Shown here in pieces: positions 1 through 9,858 of a DNA stretch of 64,000 bases; positions within the stretch are counted from its first letter, which is position 1, and every line of letters starts with the position of its first letter. A program made the position numbers and the translations under genes. The notes beneath the pieces were generated by a model. The model worked only from the letters and a program-made list of their open reading frames with translations. It was not told where the DNA came from and ran no database searches. Origin of the DNA: an uncultured Gammaproteobacteria bacterium (GTDB lineage Bacteria; Pseudomonadota; Gammaproteobacteria; Arenicellales; CAJQKF01); the NCBI GenBank assembly GCA_905478855.1, contig CAJQKF010000053.1:1117-65116 (forward strand), written 5' to 3'.

Positions 1-1368
1 GGTGCTGGCACGAGCCGGAAGAACGGTGCCGGTGGATAGGGCAATGGCGGCTTCCCACATGCTTACCGTATGGGCGCGGGCATGATCGCGCACCGCTTCG
101 ATGGTACGCGCACCAATACCCCGTGTGGGCACATTAATGATTCGCTCAAATGCGGGGTCCGATGCCCGGTTATTCAGCAAGCGCAAATAGGCCAACGCAT
201 CTTTAATTTCGGCACGCTCGAAAAAGCGTAATCCGCCGTACACGCGATAGGGAATACTGCGATCAATCAGGTATTGCTCAAATATTCGCGATTGGGCATT
301 GGAACGATAGAGTATGGCAATGGATTGCCGTTCATTACCTTTACTCACCCAGTCTTCAATTTGCCCCATAACAAAACGAGCCTCGTCGTTATCGTTATAG
401 GCGGCATAAATACGGATGGGTTCTCCATCGTTGCCATCGGTCCACAGGTTTTTTCCCATGCGACCGGTGTTGTGTGAAATGATCGCATTTGCCGCATTAA
501 GAATGGTTGCCGTGGAGCGGTAGTTTTGTTCCAGACGTATAACGTTACTGCCTTTATAGTCCTGTTCAAATTGCAGTATGTTTTCGACCCGGGCGCCACG
601 CCAGCCGTAAATGGATTGGTCGTCGTCGCCCACCGCCATAATGTTGTTACGTGGCGCGGCAAACAATTTCAGCCATTTATACTGAATGGCATTGGTATCC
701 TGAAACTCGTCGACCATTACATGTTTGAAGCGCTCATGGTAATGCTGTCGTATCGGCTCGTTGTTTTGCAGCAACTCAGTAGCGCGTAATAACATCTCGG
801 CGAAGTCGACTAAGCCAAGCCGTTGACAGGTTTCTTCATAGGCCGCATAGATTTGCACCATTTGCTGCATTTGGTGATCATCGCCCACATTAAGCTGGTG
901 GGGCCGACGACCTTCGTCTTTGTGGTTATTGATAAACCATTGAATCTGTCGTGGCGGCCAGTAACCTTCGTCGAGATTCATTTCGCGTAAGGTACGGCGT
1001 ATCAAGCGGTATTGGTCGTCGCTATCAAGTATTTCAAATGCCTGTGGCAGTCCGGCTTCTGCATAGTGCGCGCGAAGCAGTCTATGGGAAATACCGTGAA
1101 ACGTACCCATCCACATACCGCCGACCGGATACTTGAGCATATCTTCTATACGCAGGCGCATTTCTCGTGCAGCCTTGTTAGTAAAGGTAACCGCGAGGAT
1201 GGATAGTGGTGAATTTTCCAGTGCCTGCACCAGCCAGGCGATACGATAGGTTAATACCCGTGTCTTGCCACTACCTGCTCCAGCGAGAACCAATAAGGGT
1301 CCGGGAGGGGACGATACGGCTTCTCGTTGCGCATCGTTAAGGTCATCAAAAATATGGCTGACATCCAT
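1..1368 (-). CDS. uvrD: DNA helicase II UvrD, N-terminal 456 codons; the rest of the gene lies beyond the window start
   Basis: Absent from the ORF track because it runs off the edge. Translating the minus strand from ATG at 1368 gives MDVSHIFDDLNDAQREAV..LLVLAGAGSGKTRVLTYRIAWL (Walker A near 1262-1288). Downstream come VDEFQDTN, VGDDDQSIYGWRGA and LEQNYRS, the SF1 UvrD/Rep motifs. The N-terminus is collinear with E. coli UvrD. Confidence 0.9.
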   Translation of the reverse strand, partial: MDVSHIFDDLNDAQREAVSSPPGPLLVLAGAGSGKTRVLTYRIAWLVQALENSPLSILAVTFTNKAAREMRLRIEDMLKYPVGGMWMGTFHGISHRLLRAHYAEAGLPQAFEILDSDDQYRLIRRTLREMNLDEGYWPPRQIQWFINNHKDEGRRPHQLNVGDDHQMQQMVQIYAAYEETCQRLGLVDFAEMLLRATELLQNNEPIRQHYHERFKHVMVDEFQDTNAIQYKWLKLFAAPRNNIMAVGDDDQSIYGWRGARVENILQFEQDYKGSNVIRLEQNYRSTATILNAANAIISHNTGRMGKNLWTDGNDGEPIRIYAAYNDNDEARFVMGQIEDWVSKGNERQSIAILYRSNAQSRIFEQYLIDRSIPYRVYGGLRFFERAEIKDALAYLRLLNNRASDPAFERIINVPTRGIGARTIEAVRDHARAHTVSMWEAAIALSTGTVLPARAST

Positions 1369-1372
1369 GGTA

Positions 1373-1846
1373 TTAATTATTTTCCGGTTGTCGTTTTAGG
1401 CTTTCGTGACGAATAAGTGGATTGGTTGGGTTTTGGCTGGATTCGATTACTTTCCAACTATCATCGAGCTTGGGAAAGTAGACAAGGTTTTCACCTTCTA
1501 CAATATCTGGCACATAGGTTATGTCCAGTGTATCGATCATTGGCAACGCCAGTGTGTAAATTTGTGCACCGCCGATTATCCATACTGGTGAATCCGTATT
1601 TTCCAGTGCCTCTTCAATAGAAGTATAGTGCTCCACACCTTCAACCCCGCGTCGAGTAATGACGATGTTTCGGCGTTTTGGCAACGGTTTTCTCGGCAGC
1701 GAATCCCACGTATTGCGACCCATAATAATGGTTGAGTCTAAGGTGAGTTGTTTAAAGCGTTTTAAATCTTCGCTGTAGTGCCATGGTAAATCGCCGTTCT
1801 TGCCGATTACTCCGTTGGCGGACACTGCTACAATGGCGCCAATCAT
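1373..1846 (-). CDS. folA: dihydrofolate reductase
   Basis: 157 aa. MIGAIVAVSANGVIGKNGDLPW..FKQLT..IIMGRNTW is the typical DHFR N-terminus. It overlaps the thyA stop by 4 nt (ATGA). Confidence 0.9.
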   Translation of the reverse strand: MIGAIVAVSANGVIGKNGDLPWHYSEDLKRFKQLTLDSTIIMGRNTWDSLPRKPLPKRRNIVITRRGVEGVEHYTSIEEALENTDSPVWIIGGAQIYTLALPMIDTLDITYVPDIVEGENLVYFPKLDDSWKVIESSQNPTNPLIRHESLKRQPENN

Positions 1847-2724
1847 GGTGCCACCTTAAAGGTAATTGCAGGATGAGGGTTGTAGTTTTCCAATTTGAAG
1901 ACGTTAAGTAGGGTTTCAGTATCGTCGTCTAGCAGGGCACGAATGTCATCGAGGCTGCGAATCGAAGGGTCAATGGTTAGTGTAGGAAGCGCGCGAGTTT
2001 CCCGGGCCATCTGATCGGTTAGTCCGGGTATGTGATCGAATTCCGCCATGCCACCGTCGGACTTTGCCGTATAGATATGGGCATCGATCAGGGTGTGGGC
2101 AAAGATGCCTGGCCGAATACCACTAAGATGAGAAAGCAGGCAAAGTAAAAATGCATACCCGGCAATGTTATACGGCACCCCTAGTGCAATATCGCAGCTG
2201 CGTTGGGTTAAGTGCAAACAGGTATAGGGTTCGCCGTTTTCGTCGATTTGAACATTCACCACCCAAAAGGCATGACACGGAGGTAGTGCGCTAGTCTGCG
2301 CATTGGCCGGTGCCCAGGCATTAACCACCATGCGCCGACTCATGGGGCTATTTTTTAATTGATCTAGCACGTAACCTATTTGATCATTGTAAGCTGCTCG
2401 ACCGTTTTCATCATGAACGGGAAATTGGCGCCAGAAATTTCCATAGGCGCTGGGTACTTTTCCATCTTTATCAGCCCAAATATCCCAGAACTTGCAATTA
2501 TGTTTTTTCAGTAAGCCAATATCGGTTTCGCCAGATAAAAACCATAAATTTTCGACGACTATGTTTTTCCACGAAATATTTTTTGTGGTAAGCAATGGAA
2601 AGCCATTAGCTAAATCAATTTCATAATTGATATTAAATGTGGATAGGGTATCAATACCGGTGCGGTTTTCCTTACGGGTACCCACCTCGAGAACTTCTTT
2701 TACCGTGTCGAGATATTGCTTCAA
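1843..2724 (-). CDS. thyA: thymidylate synthase (ThyA type)
   Basis: 293 aa. MKQYLD..GTRKENRTGIDTLS.., ..ALPPCH.. (catalytic Cys) and DAHIY are hallmark ThyA motifs. Confidence 0.95.
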   Translation of the reverse strand: MKQYLDTVKEVLEVGTRKENRTGIDTLSTFNINYEIDLANGFPLLTTKNISWKNIVVENLWFLSGETDIGLLKKHNCKFWDIWADKDGKVPSAYGNFWRQFPVHDENGRAAYNDQIGYVLDQLKNSPMSRRMVVNAWAPANAQTSALPPCHAFWVVNVQIDENGEPYTCLHLTQRSCDIALGVPYNIAGYAFLLCLLSHLSGIRPGIFAHTLIDAHIYTAKSDGGMAEFDHIPGLTDQMARETRALPTLTIDPSIRSLDDIRALLDDDTETLLNVFKLENYNPHPAITFKVAP

Positions 2725-2796
2725 AATATGCTGCTCACAAATGGAAGGTTTTAGGGCATTAGCCAGAGCATGCCCGCATAATTATTACGAATTTGT

Positions 2797-4194
2797 TCAG
2801 CCGGAAAAGTAGTCGTCGATCATGTCTCTGGCAAGTTGCGACGACTTTACGTACCAAAACTCTTTATTGATACATAAAACGGCGTAGGCGAGTTTACGAT
2901 CGCCATCGGTTGCATAGCCTACAAACCAATCATACTTTCCTTTGGGATGAAAACCGGTTAGTGACCCGGTTTTTCCACCGGCCTTAACAGACTTGTGTTT
3001 AAATTTTCGAAAGGCTTTTCTCGCCGACCCGGAAACGATGGTTTCATGCATTAATTCGCGCATTTCTTTTGCTGTCTCGGCACTGATCACTTGTTCGGAT
3101 AGTGGTGGGTCGGCCTCGTACAGAATAATACCGTGGTCATCAGTAACTGCATCTATTACTCGTGGCATGGGCATTTTGCCATTATTGACAATAGTCGCGG
3201 CCAGCATGGCAGCGTGAACGGGGCTTATGTTGGTGTTACGTGTATAACCAGACGCGACCTCGGCGATTGACCAGTCTTCATTGACATCCATTTCGATAGT
3301 GCTTGGTTCGAGTGGTAAATCCGTATTTACCGGTTGGTTAAATGCAAAACGGTTTGCGTAATCTAGTAGTTGTGTTCCACCGATAGTATAAATACCCAAT
3401 CTTGCAAATACGGTGTTGACCGATTTTGAAAATGATCGTGTCAGGCTCTGGTGATTAGTCCATTTATTGTTTTTATGTGAAAGCACATTTTTCTTGTATA
3501 GGGTAGTGCTTTTGCCGTTGTAGGGGAATACGGTAGTGGCGGTTGCCTTGCCTAAATCGATAGCTGCAGCTGCGGTAATTGTTTTGAATACCGATGCTGC
3601 TGGATACGTGGCCTTGAGATTAAGGTTATGGGTGTTGTTGCCGTCGCGCTGAAAGTCGGTCATGGCCAATATTTCCCCACTGACCGCATCCATTGCCACA
3701 ATCATGCCGTAGTCGGGACGGTATTTTTGCAAGCCTGCTGTGGCAGCATTTTGTAATTTTTCGTCCAGGGTATAGTGAATTTGACCATTACGTTTCTGTC
3801 CCGAACCAGAAATAAGTAGTTCGGTTGGCATTTGATCTTGCTCTAGATGGCCGGCCAGTACCTGTTTGAGCTTCTGCTGATCAATTCCCCAAATTTGATT
3901 ACGAGAATGATCTACTGTGCTCATTGCCGCCGGCCAAAATATTGCGATACTAAAGGCTAATAGCGCATTACTTAGAAGCAGTGTAAGACGATGAGGGGAG
4001 TGAGGGCGTGAAAGTTTTCGCCTAATTGCAACTTGTTTTACCGGTTCGCTGGTGCTGGGCGCGGTACGGTTGTGAATAATTGAGTTACGTCGCAGGGTAT
4101 TTCCCTTGAAAATAATCGCATTTTGCTTTTTCTGTTGACCAAACAGACTGCGGTGTCTGGGTAAGCGAAAACGATTTTTATTGCGTCTGAACAT
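2797..4194 (-). CDS. membrane-anchored penicillin-binding protein, transpeptidase domain
   Basis: 465 aa with a basic N-terminal tail and one TM helix (LLLSNALLAFSIAIFWPAA). It has SxxK (ASVFK), SxN (SKSVN) and KTG (GGKTGS) motifs in the canonical order. Confidence 0.7.
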   Translation of the reverse strand: MFRRNKNRFRLPRHRSLFGQQKKQNAIIFKGNTLRRNSIIHNRTAPSTSEPVKQVAIRRKLSRPHSPHRLTLLLSNALLAFSIAIFWPAAMSTVDHSRNQIWGIDQQKLKQVLAGHLEQDQMPTELLISGSGQKRNGQIHYTLDEKLQNAATAGLQKYRPDYGMIVAMDAVSGEILAMTDFQRDGNNTHNLNLKATYPAASVFKTITAAAAIDLGKATATTVFPYNGKSTTLYKKNVLSHKNNKWTNHQSLTRSFSKSVNTVFARLGIYTIGGTQLLDYANRFAFNQPVNTDLPLEPSTIEMDVNEDWSIAEVASGYTRNTNISPVHAAMLAATIVNNGKMPMPRVIDAVTDDHGIILYEADPPLSEQVISAETAKEMRELMHETIVSGSARKAFRKFKHKSVKAGGKTGSLTGFHPKGKYDWFVGYATDGDRKLAYAVLCINKEFWYVKSSQLARDMIDDYFSG

Positions 4195-4401
4195 AAATTA
4201 TATTTGTAGTTCAATGAGTTACAGTCCAGCTAAATTAGCCACCGCCAATTTTACGTTAGGGCAAAACGACACCGTTCGTTTGGCGCATGTCAGTCATTCA
4301 TTATGACAATTGAACCGTGTGATGTAAACGCTGGAGGTAATAACTTTAATGAAGGCTTCCTCAGGGCTTTTGTGTTGAATATGGCTCTTTTATTCAAAAA
4401 C

Positions 4402-5247
4402 TTAAGAATTTGGACGCAGGGATAGCATTACGGATTTAGTTTGCGGATGCACATTGTTCCAGATTCTGAACGCTTCGGCTGCCTGCTCGACTAACATACC
4501 AAGCCCGTCTACGGTGCGTTTAGCCCCGGCTTTTTCTGCCCATCGCATAAATACGGTGGGTTGATCGGAATACATCATGTCGTAGACTAATCTGGCACCG
4601 CTAACAGCGGCCTCTGGAATGGCCGGAACCGCGCCTTTAAGACTCGCCGCGCTGCCGTTGATTACAATATCGAACGAACCTTTAACCGAAGTTAACGATG
4701 AGCCACTTATAGCCCCTTTGTCGTTGAAGTGTCGAGCGAGTGCCATTGCTTTATCAACGGTGCGGTTGGCGATAACAATTTCCGTAGGTGATTCCTCTAG
4801 CAGTGGCAGTAATGCACCCCGCACCGCACCGCCGGCACCGATGATTAGAATTCGCGAGTCTTTTATAGGGCAGTCTAGATTATCGCGAATATCTCGCACC
4901 AAGCCTATACCGTCTGTATTGTCGCCGTAGATATCGCCATTTTGTTCAAAGCGTAGCGTATTTACTGCGCCAGCATATTCGGCTCTCTTACTCAGTTTGT
5001 CGGCTAATTCAAAGGCTTCAACTTTAAACGGCACTGTAATATTCAGTCCGCTACCGCCGTTGGCCTGAAAATTGAGCACCGCCGATGGAAAACCACCGGG
5101 ATCGACCTGAGTGGTGGTGTAATGTAGTTTGATGCCGGTTTGCTGTCCGAACTGGGAGTGTATGTTGGGGGACTTACTGTGGCCAATTGGATTACCCATT
5201 ACGGTAAAACGTTTTTCGGGCACGCTGAAATCAAAGAGATCGTCCAT
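4402..5247 (-). CDS. aroE: shikimate dehydrogenase
   Basis: 281 aa. It has the MGNPIGHSKSPNIH motif, a NITVPFK motif and a GAGGA Rossmann loop. Confidence 0.9.
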   Translation of the reverse strand: MDDLFDFSVPEKRFTVMGNPIGHSKSPNIHSQFGQQTGIKLHYTTTQVDPGGFPSAVLNFQANGGSGLNITVPFKVEAFELADKLSKRAEYAGAVNTLRFEQNGDIYGDNTDGIGLVRDIRDNLDCPIKDSRILIIGAGGAVRGALLPLLEESPTEIVIANRTVDKAMALARHFNDKGAISGSSLTSVKGSFDIVINGSAASLKGAVPAIPEAAVSGARLVYDMMYSDQPTVFMRWAEKAGAKRTVDGLGMLVEQAAEAFRIWNNVHPQTKSVMLSLRPNS

Positions 5248-5605
5248 TCGAGAACCTGATAGTTGGGTTGATGCAAGTTACTGTTAATTTTTAGGCGGTG
5301 TTTGCATGAAAATCGCCTATAGCGTTCATGTATTTGCTAAATTTGGTCGATTATTATCACACTAATCTAGTACCCATCGATCCAAAAAAAACAACAGAAT
5401 AAGTCGATCGCTTATCGGATAGTTTAATTGTTCCCACGCTCGCGGAGTGCATAAGCATAGCAAATAAATCAATATCTTTTGATTTGGATTGGGCTGTTAT
5501 AATGATACGGTTACCGAATTAGTTGCGACGAGTGTTGAGTTTGTCTAATAAAGATTAAGCTTAATATTATTTAATATAACCCTTGCACACCTAAAGATTA
5601 TTTTC

Positions 5606-5779
5606 ATGAAAGCGTTATCTATAATGGCTCTAAAAAATACACTATTTCTTTTCCTGTTTGCCGTTTTAATGAACGGTTGCGTTAGCGGATTTGCGTCAAA
5701 GGAAGCATACAAAGATCTTTACTACGATCGTTGTTTTAATTCGAATAGCGGTGAACGCCCCAGTTATTGTGATCGTTAA
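5606..5779 (+). CDS. small putative lipoprotein (57 aa)
   Basis: Below the 60-aa cutoff of the ORF track. My own translation is MKALSIMALKNTLFLFLFAVLMNGCVSGFASKEAYKDLYYDRCFNSNSGERPSYCDR. It has a signal peptide with a lipobox-like LMNGC, and ends 12 nt before the next ORF. Confidence 0.4.
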   Translation: MKALSIMALKNTLFLFLFAVLMNGCVSGFASKEAYKDLYYDRCFNSNSGERPSYCDR

Positions 5780-5791
5780 GGTGTTTCTTAC

Positions 5792-6250
5792 ATGATTAGT
5801 TTTCAAATTAATCAAAAGAACGAGCGTAGAGCCACATTATCACTCGTGGTCCTGTTTTTATTTTTGAGTGCTCTATTTGCTACAAGCTGTATCAATGCGG
5901 ATATTGTAGAGGCGGACGATATTCAGATTAGCACTGAAGAATTGATAGACAAGAAGTTAATATCAGGGGCTAATCACACCGTCATATCTCCTACAATGGT
6001 TGTGGGCGCGATGCCTTACTATAAAATTAATACGCCGTTCGGTGAATTCTCTGCAACGGGTAATCTCAAACTTGGTCGTCGAGTTCATGAAATTAATGTT
6101 ATTCAAGAACTAAGGGCTATCGATAAATCAAAGTTGACGATTGATTCGGTGGGTGATGCATTGAAAAAGCCTGTTGAGGGCGTGGTGCAGATTGTGGGAC
6201 ACCCGGTGAGTACATTGAAGGGCGTCCCGATGGTGTGGTCGCTGGTTTAA
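5792..6250 (+). CDS. hypothetical exported protein, probable N-terminal part of a split gene
   Basis: 152 aa with an N-terminal hydrophobic signal (LSLVVLFLFLSALFATSC). No recognisable domain. The reading frame of the next ORF is already open from 6219, overlapping its 3' end. Confidence 0.45.
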   Translation: MISFQINQKNERRATLSLVVLFLFLSALFATSCINADIVEADDIQISTEELIDKKLISGANHTVISPTMVVGAMPYYKINTPFGEFSATGNLKLGRRVHEINVIQELRAIDKSKLTIDSVGDALKKPVEGVVQIVGHPVSTLKGVPMVWSLV

Positions 6251-6365
6251 ACGAACTAAACGACGGGTCGAGGATACTGCCGATGCGATTAATGAGTATG
6301 CGAGTTCCCATAATAAATCATCACAGAATGGTTCATCCACTTCGAATAAAGACACAGTCCGACGT

Positions 6366-7136
6366 GTGTCTGAGGCAGGAAAACGTTATCTAAAAAGGTT
6401 TTTGGGCATAACAGGCGCTTATCGGGGACTAGCTCGTGAATATCAGGTTGATCCGTATACGGATAATGTAACACTAAAGTCTGAACTCGAATTATTATCA
6501 AAGTATTCTGCAGCGGGTTCCTTTGGGATGAAACAACTGGATTTGTCCTTGCCATCTGCTCTCGGTGATTTAACCAAAGTGGGTGACCTGGTTTGGGATT
6601 CGGACCCCCTTGATTTGCTGATACGAAACGAAGAAGAAAGCCGTAAGTTGGGAATTTCTTCGAGGGCGTTTGAGAGTTTTTTCAATAACTCCAATCTTAG
6701 CCCAACCGATATGACATTGACGATCGAAGCGGTTCGCGGTTTGAAGGATGTCAGAAACCACGCATTATTTTTTGGCTTTGTGGCGGAATCACAATCCGTA
6801 GATGAAGCACGTTTTTCGATTCGTATTGTTGAGTTCTTTAATCGTTATCACCAAAACATAAAACCGTTGCAAGAAATACTCTTAACGGAACGACTGCCTC
6901 TTGCCATAGATGAAAATCAGGAAGCAGTAGTGTTTGCACCCGTATACCTCTTGCGGTGGACGCAACTGGTAGGTGAAGCGAGTGTGGATTTGATGACGAA
7001 TGTGCGCCAGCTAACGACAGGCAGTAAACCCGAGCTTTGGATTGAAGGAAAGATTTCTGATCTTGCGAGTCAGGAACTGGAGAATGCTGGATGGGAACTG
7101 CATAAAAACACACTCAGCACTCTGTTGGATAATTAG
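6366..7136 (+). CDS. hypothetical protein, probable C-terminal part of the same split gene
   Basis: 256 aa from a GTG. The frame is open back to 6219 with no ATG/GTG/TTG between 6219 and 6366. No recognisable domain. Confidence 0.45.
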   Translation: MSEAGKRYLKRFLGITGAYRGLAREYQVDPYTDNVTLKSELELLSKYSAAGSFGMKQLDLSLPSALGDLTKVGDLVWDSDPLDLLIRNEEESRKLGISSRAFESFFNNSNLSPTDMTLTIEAVRGLKDVRNHALFFGFVAESQSVDEARFSIRIVEFFNRYHQNIKPLQEILLTERLPLAIDENQEAVVFAPVYLLRWTQLVGEASVDLMTNVRQLTTGSKPELWIEGKISDLASQELENAGWELHKNTLSTLLDN

Positions 7137-7306
7137 TAACGCCACAGAGATCGTTATTCTGAAGTGTACCTCCGGTTTATTCTGGAATTGGTCGTTAGCG
7201 ATTGATGCTGTTAATCGCCGTAATGACTTTGCGTCTGGTATTTCGGTTGTGAATATTGTTTGTGTTATCGTTACATGACAACCTATTACTGTGGTGAAAA
7301 ACTCGA

Positions 7307-8203
7307 ATGAAGTATCGAAGGAACAGCAAGAATTCAGGGGATTTCTCTCCTTGGCTATTGATTGTTAGTGTTGGGCTGACTTTCTTTTCAGCCAGCGGAA
7401 TCGCACAGCAGCATGACGTTATAATCGAAGGGCAATCGATTCAATTAAATACCACCTCGATTAAATGTGAGGTGGGAGAAATTGAAAACGTTAGCACCAA
7501 ACGTTTATTAAACTGTGATTCAGCCGAACTTGTAAAAATACCATCTCGGAAGGGACACCCCAAGGCGGTTAAGTTTACGATTACGCCTTATGACGACGAA
7601 ATATCTGACGGTGTTCGAGCGGAACTGCGTGATATGCATGTGGCTAAAAATGGCGACGTAGTTTGGTATCGTTTTTCTAGTTTGCTGCCTAAAGATTTTC
7701 CAATCGATGCGGATCATCGATTGGTGCTATCTCAATGGCATGAAAAGACTCAGGAAGGAGTTGACAGTCTACGACCTCCTCTATCCCATCGATTATGGAA
7801 TGGAAGGTTTGTGATTACTTTATGGAATAACGAACGCGTTACTGCCCAGGGAGTTAATGGTGATGGAAGAATTCTTTACGAAACGGATAGCTTTTCGCTT
7901 GGCGAATTTCATGAGTTTATTTATAAAGTTCGTTGGTCAGGCGATGACGATGGTGAGGTGTTGGCCTGGAAACGCGAGTGCCCTATTTTGGATAACGGTT
8001 GCAGTCAGGGTTTGGGCTGGCGAAATATTATTCGCTACACGGGTTCAACCGGCTATAGGGATGATGAAGTTAAAGGCTATTATTTCAAGCTAGGGCTTTA
8101 CACAGTAACGCCATTCGATGTTACGTTTAACGCCTTTCACATGAATTACAGAACGGCTTCGACTTCCGTAGGAATAGACGCTACCGATGCTATTTTCCAG
8201 TAA
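7307..8203 (+). CDS. secreted jelly-roll protein resembling the Polysacc_lyase (PF14099-type) family
   Basis: 298 aa with a signal peptide (WLLIVSVGLTFFSASGIAQQ). The pattern is RAEL..WYRFS..LPKDFP..LSQWH..PPLS..GEFHEFIYKVRWS..DGEVLAW..GYYFKLGLY, which resembles PL7/PL20-like lyases from memory. There is no alignment support. Confidence 0.45.
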   Translation: MKYRRNSKNSGDFSPWLLIVSVGLTFFSASGIAQQHDVIIEGQSIQLNTTSIKCEVGEIENVSTKRLLNCDSAELVKIPSRKGHPKAVKFTITPYDDEISDGVRAELRDMHVAKNGDVVWYRFSSLLPKDFPIDADHRLVLSQWHEKTQEGVDSLRPPLSHRLWNGRFVITLWNNERVTAQGVNGDGRILYETDSFSLGEFHEFIYKVRWSGDDDGEVLAWKRECPILDNGCSQGLGWRNIIRYTGSTGYRDDEVKGYYFKLGLYTVTPFDVTFNAFHMNYRTASTSVGIDATDAIFQ

Positions 8204-8255
8204 TCACTTCCTTGGTTGGCAAATGCTAATCAGATGCGGAGCGAATGTTGTAGAT

Positions 8256-8281
8256 GGTGAGAACGCAAAAGCGTTCTCACC
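8256..8281. terminator. perfect 11-bp stem / 4-nt loop hairpin between convergent genes
   Basis: GGTGAGAACGC-AAAA-GCGTTCTCACC read directly. It lies between the stop of 7307..8203 (+) and the stop of metY (-). There is no strong adjacent U-tract, so intrinsic terminator function is inferred. Confidence 0.5.
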
Positions 8282-8303
8282 GGTAACATGTATTTTGGAT
8301 TAA

Positions 8304-9578
8304 TTATTTGCCCGTTGCGGCTAGGGCCTGATCAATATCTTCAAGTATATCGTCGATATGTTCGATACCAATGGACAGCCTGACAAGATCTTGTGTAACA
8401 CCCGATGTAGCAAGTTCTTCAGGCGAAAGCTGTCGATGAGTGGTAGACGCCGGATGACAGGCGAGTGACTTGGCGTCGCCAATATTTACCAGTCGTGTAA
8501 CCAGATTCAGTGCATCGATAAATTTTGCACCGGATTCGGCACCGCCTTTAATACCAAAGCTCATAACACCAGACCCACGCCCACCCATATATTTATCGAG
8601 TAGCGCTTTGTGAGGATTATCGTCCAGACCGGCATAGCGTACCCATTCTACAGCTGAGTGCGCCTGTAAATGTTTGGCAACGGCCAGCGTGTTCTCACAA
8701 ATACGATCCATACGCAGCGGCAGGGTTTCAAGACCCTGCAGCGCGAGAAAGGCATTCATTGGCGCGAGTGCGGCACCGGTATTACGCAAAGGTACAACAC
8801 GGGCGCGAATAATATAGGGTGGTAAACCGGTTTCAGTGAACACGACACCGTGATAAGACTCATCGGGCTCATTCAGACGTCTGAAGCGATCTTTATTTGC
8901 CACCCAGTCGAAATTATTGGCGTCAATAATCATGCCGCCGATAATGGTACCGTGTCCGCCGATATATTTGGTTAGTGAGTGCACCACTACATCGGCTCCA
9001 AACTGTATGGGTTGGCATAAGTAGGGACTCGCCACGGTGTTGTCCACAATCAGCGGTATGCCATGGGCATGGGCAATTTCTGCAACTTTTTCTATATCGA
9101 TTACGTTACCGGCTGGGTTGCCGATGGATTCGCAGAATACTGCCTTGGTTTTTGCATCAAAATGACTGGCTAAGTCGTCCAGGTTTTCCGGATCGGCAAA
9201 GCGTGTCTTGATGCCTTGCTGTGGCAGTGTATGGGCGAATAAATTGTAAGTTCCACCATACAGAGTCGACATGCTTACGATATTGTCGCCGGCTTCGGTA
9301 ATTGTTTGGATCGAATAGAGTGTTGCTGCTTGTCCCGAGGCAAGGGCAAGGCCAGCTACACCACCTTCCATATCGGCAACGCGTTGTTCGAGAACGTCGT
9401 TGGTCGGATTCATAATGCGACTGTAAATGTTGCCCAGCACTTTAAGGTCGAATAGGTCCGCTCCGTGTTGGGTATCGTCGAATGCGAATGCGGTAGTTTG
9501 GTAGATTGGAACGGCAACTGCGTTGGTTGTTGGATCCGGTTTGTAACCGGAATGAACCGCTTTAGTTTCTAATTTCAT
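8304..9578 (-). CDS. metY: O-acetylhomoserine sulfhydrylase (PLP-dependent)
   Basis: 424 aa. It has MKLETKAVHSGY..AVPIYQTTAF..GNIYSRIMNPT and the PLP-lysine motif SLTKYIGGHG. Confidence 0.9.
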   Translation of the reverse strand: MKLETKAVHSGYKPDPTTNAVAVPIYQTTAFAFDDTQHGADLFDLKVLGNIYSRIMNPTNDVLEQRVADMEGGVAGLALASGQAATLYSIQTITEAGDNIVSMSTLYGGTYNLFAHTLPQQGIKTRFADPENLDDLASHFDAKTKAVFCESIGNPAGNVIDIEKVAEIAHAHGIPLIVDNTVASPYLCQPIQFGADVVVHSLTKYIGGHGTIIGGMIIDANNFDWVANKDRFRRLNEPDESYHGVVFTETGLPPYIIRARVVPLRNTGAALAPMNAFLALQGLETLPLRMDRICENTLAVAKHLQAHSAVEWVRYAGLDDNPHKALLDKYMGGRGSGVMSFGIKGGAESGAKFIDALNLVTRLVNIGDAKSLACHPASTTHRQLSPEELATSGVTQDLVRLSIGIEHIDDILEDIDQALAATGK

Positions 9579-9858
9579 TGTTTTCTCCAGGAGGGGTGCC
9601 TAATAGCCATATAGGCTCAACGGTGTATTTGTACGCGAATACATGTTTCGTCTGATCATCCATCTTACACAATCAGCGCCACAGTTTACGCCTACATGGT
9701 TATATGTAGCAAATGGTTGGAACCGATATGCATTTAGCTTTTTATTTCGATGGCCGGGGAATTAGGCGTGAATTGCTGGATTTTTTAGTATTTAATCGAC
9801 ATTATTGTTATTACAGATAACGTTTCCTAGTATTCATTGCCCAAGCCCTATAGATACG

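Noticed and set aside
274-1206. Track ORFs 274..477, 345..662, 526..789, 951..1136 and 1012..1206.
   Set aside because: All lie inside, or antisense to, the clearly recognisable partial uvrD frame (1..1368, minus). They are shadow ORFs.
5475-5503. Sigma70-like promoter with a perfect TATAAT at 5498-5503 upstream of the small lipoprotein ORF.
   Set aside because: The only good -35-like hexamer (TTGATT, 5479-5484) is 13 nt away, which is too close. The region is AT-rich, so a chance TATAAT is likely.
6240-6252. prfB-like programmed +1 frameshift at GTT TAA A joining the two halves of the split gene.
   Set aside because: There is no convincing upstream Shine-Dalgarno-like stimulator, and a Val-tRNA cannot re-pair well on TTT. 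Mutation or sequencing error is more parsimonious. It is kept only as a remark in the split-gene finding.
9579-9760. Possible SAM riboswitch (SAM-II/SAM-V type) in the metY leader.
   Set aside because: I read the minus-strand leader and found only small hairpins (CTGATT..GATCAG; GCCTA..TAGGC). I did not find the conserved pseudoknot elements as I remember them. It cannot be supported without a covariance-model scan (Infernal with RF00521 and RF01826).
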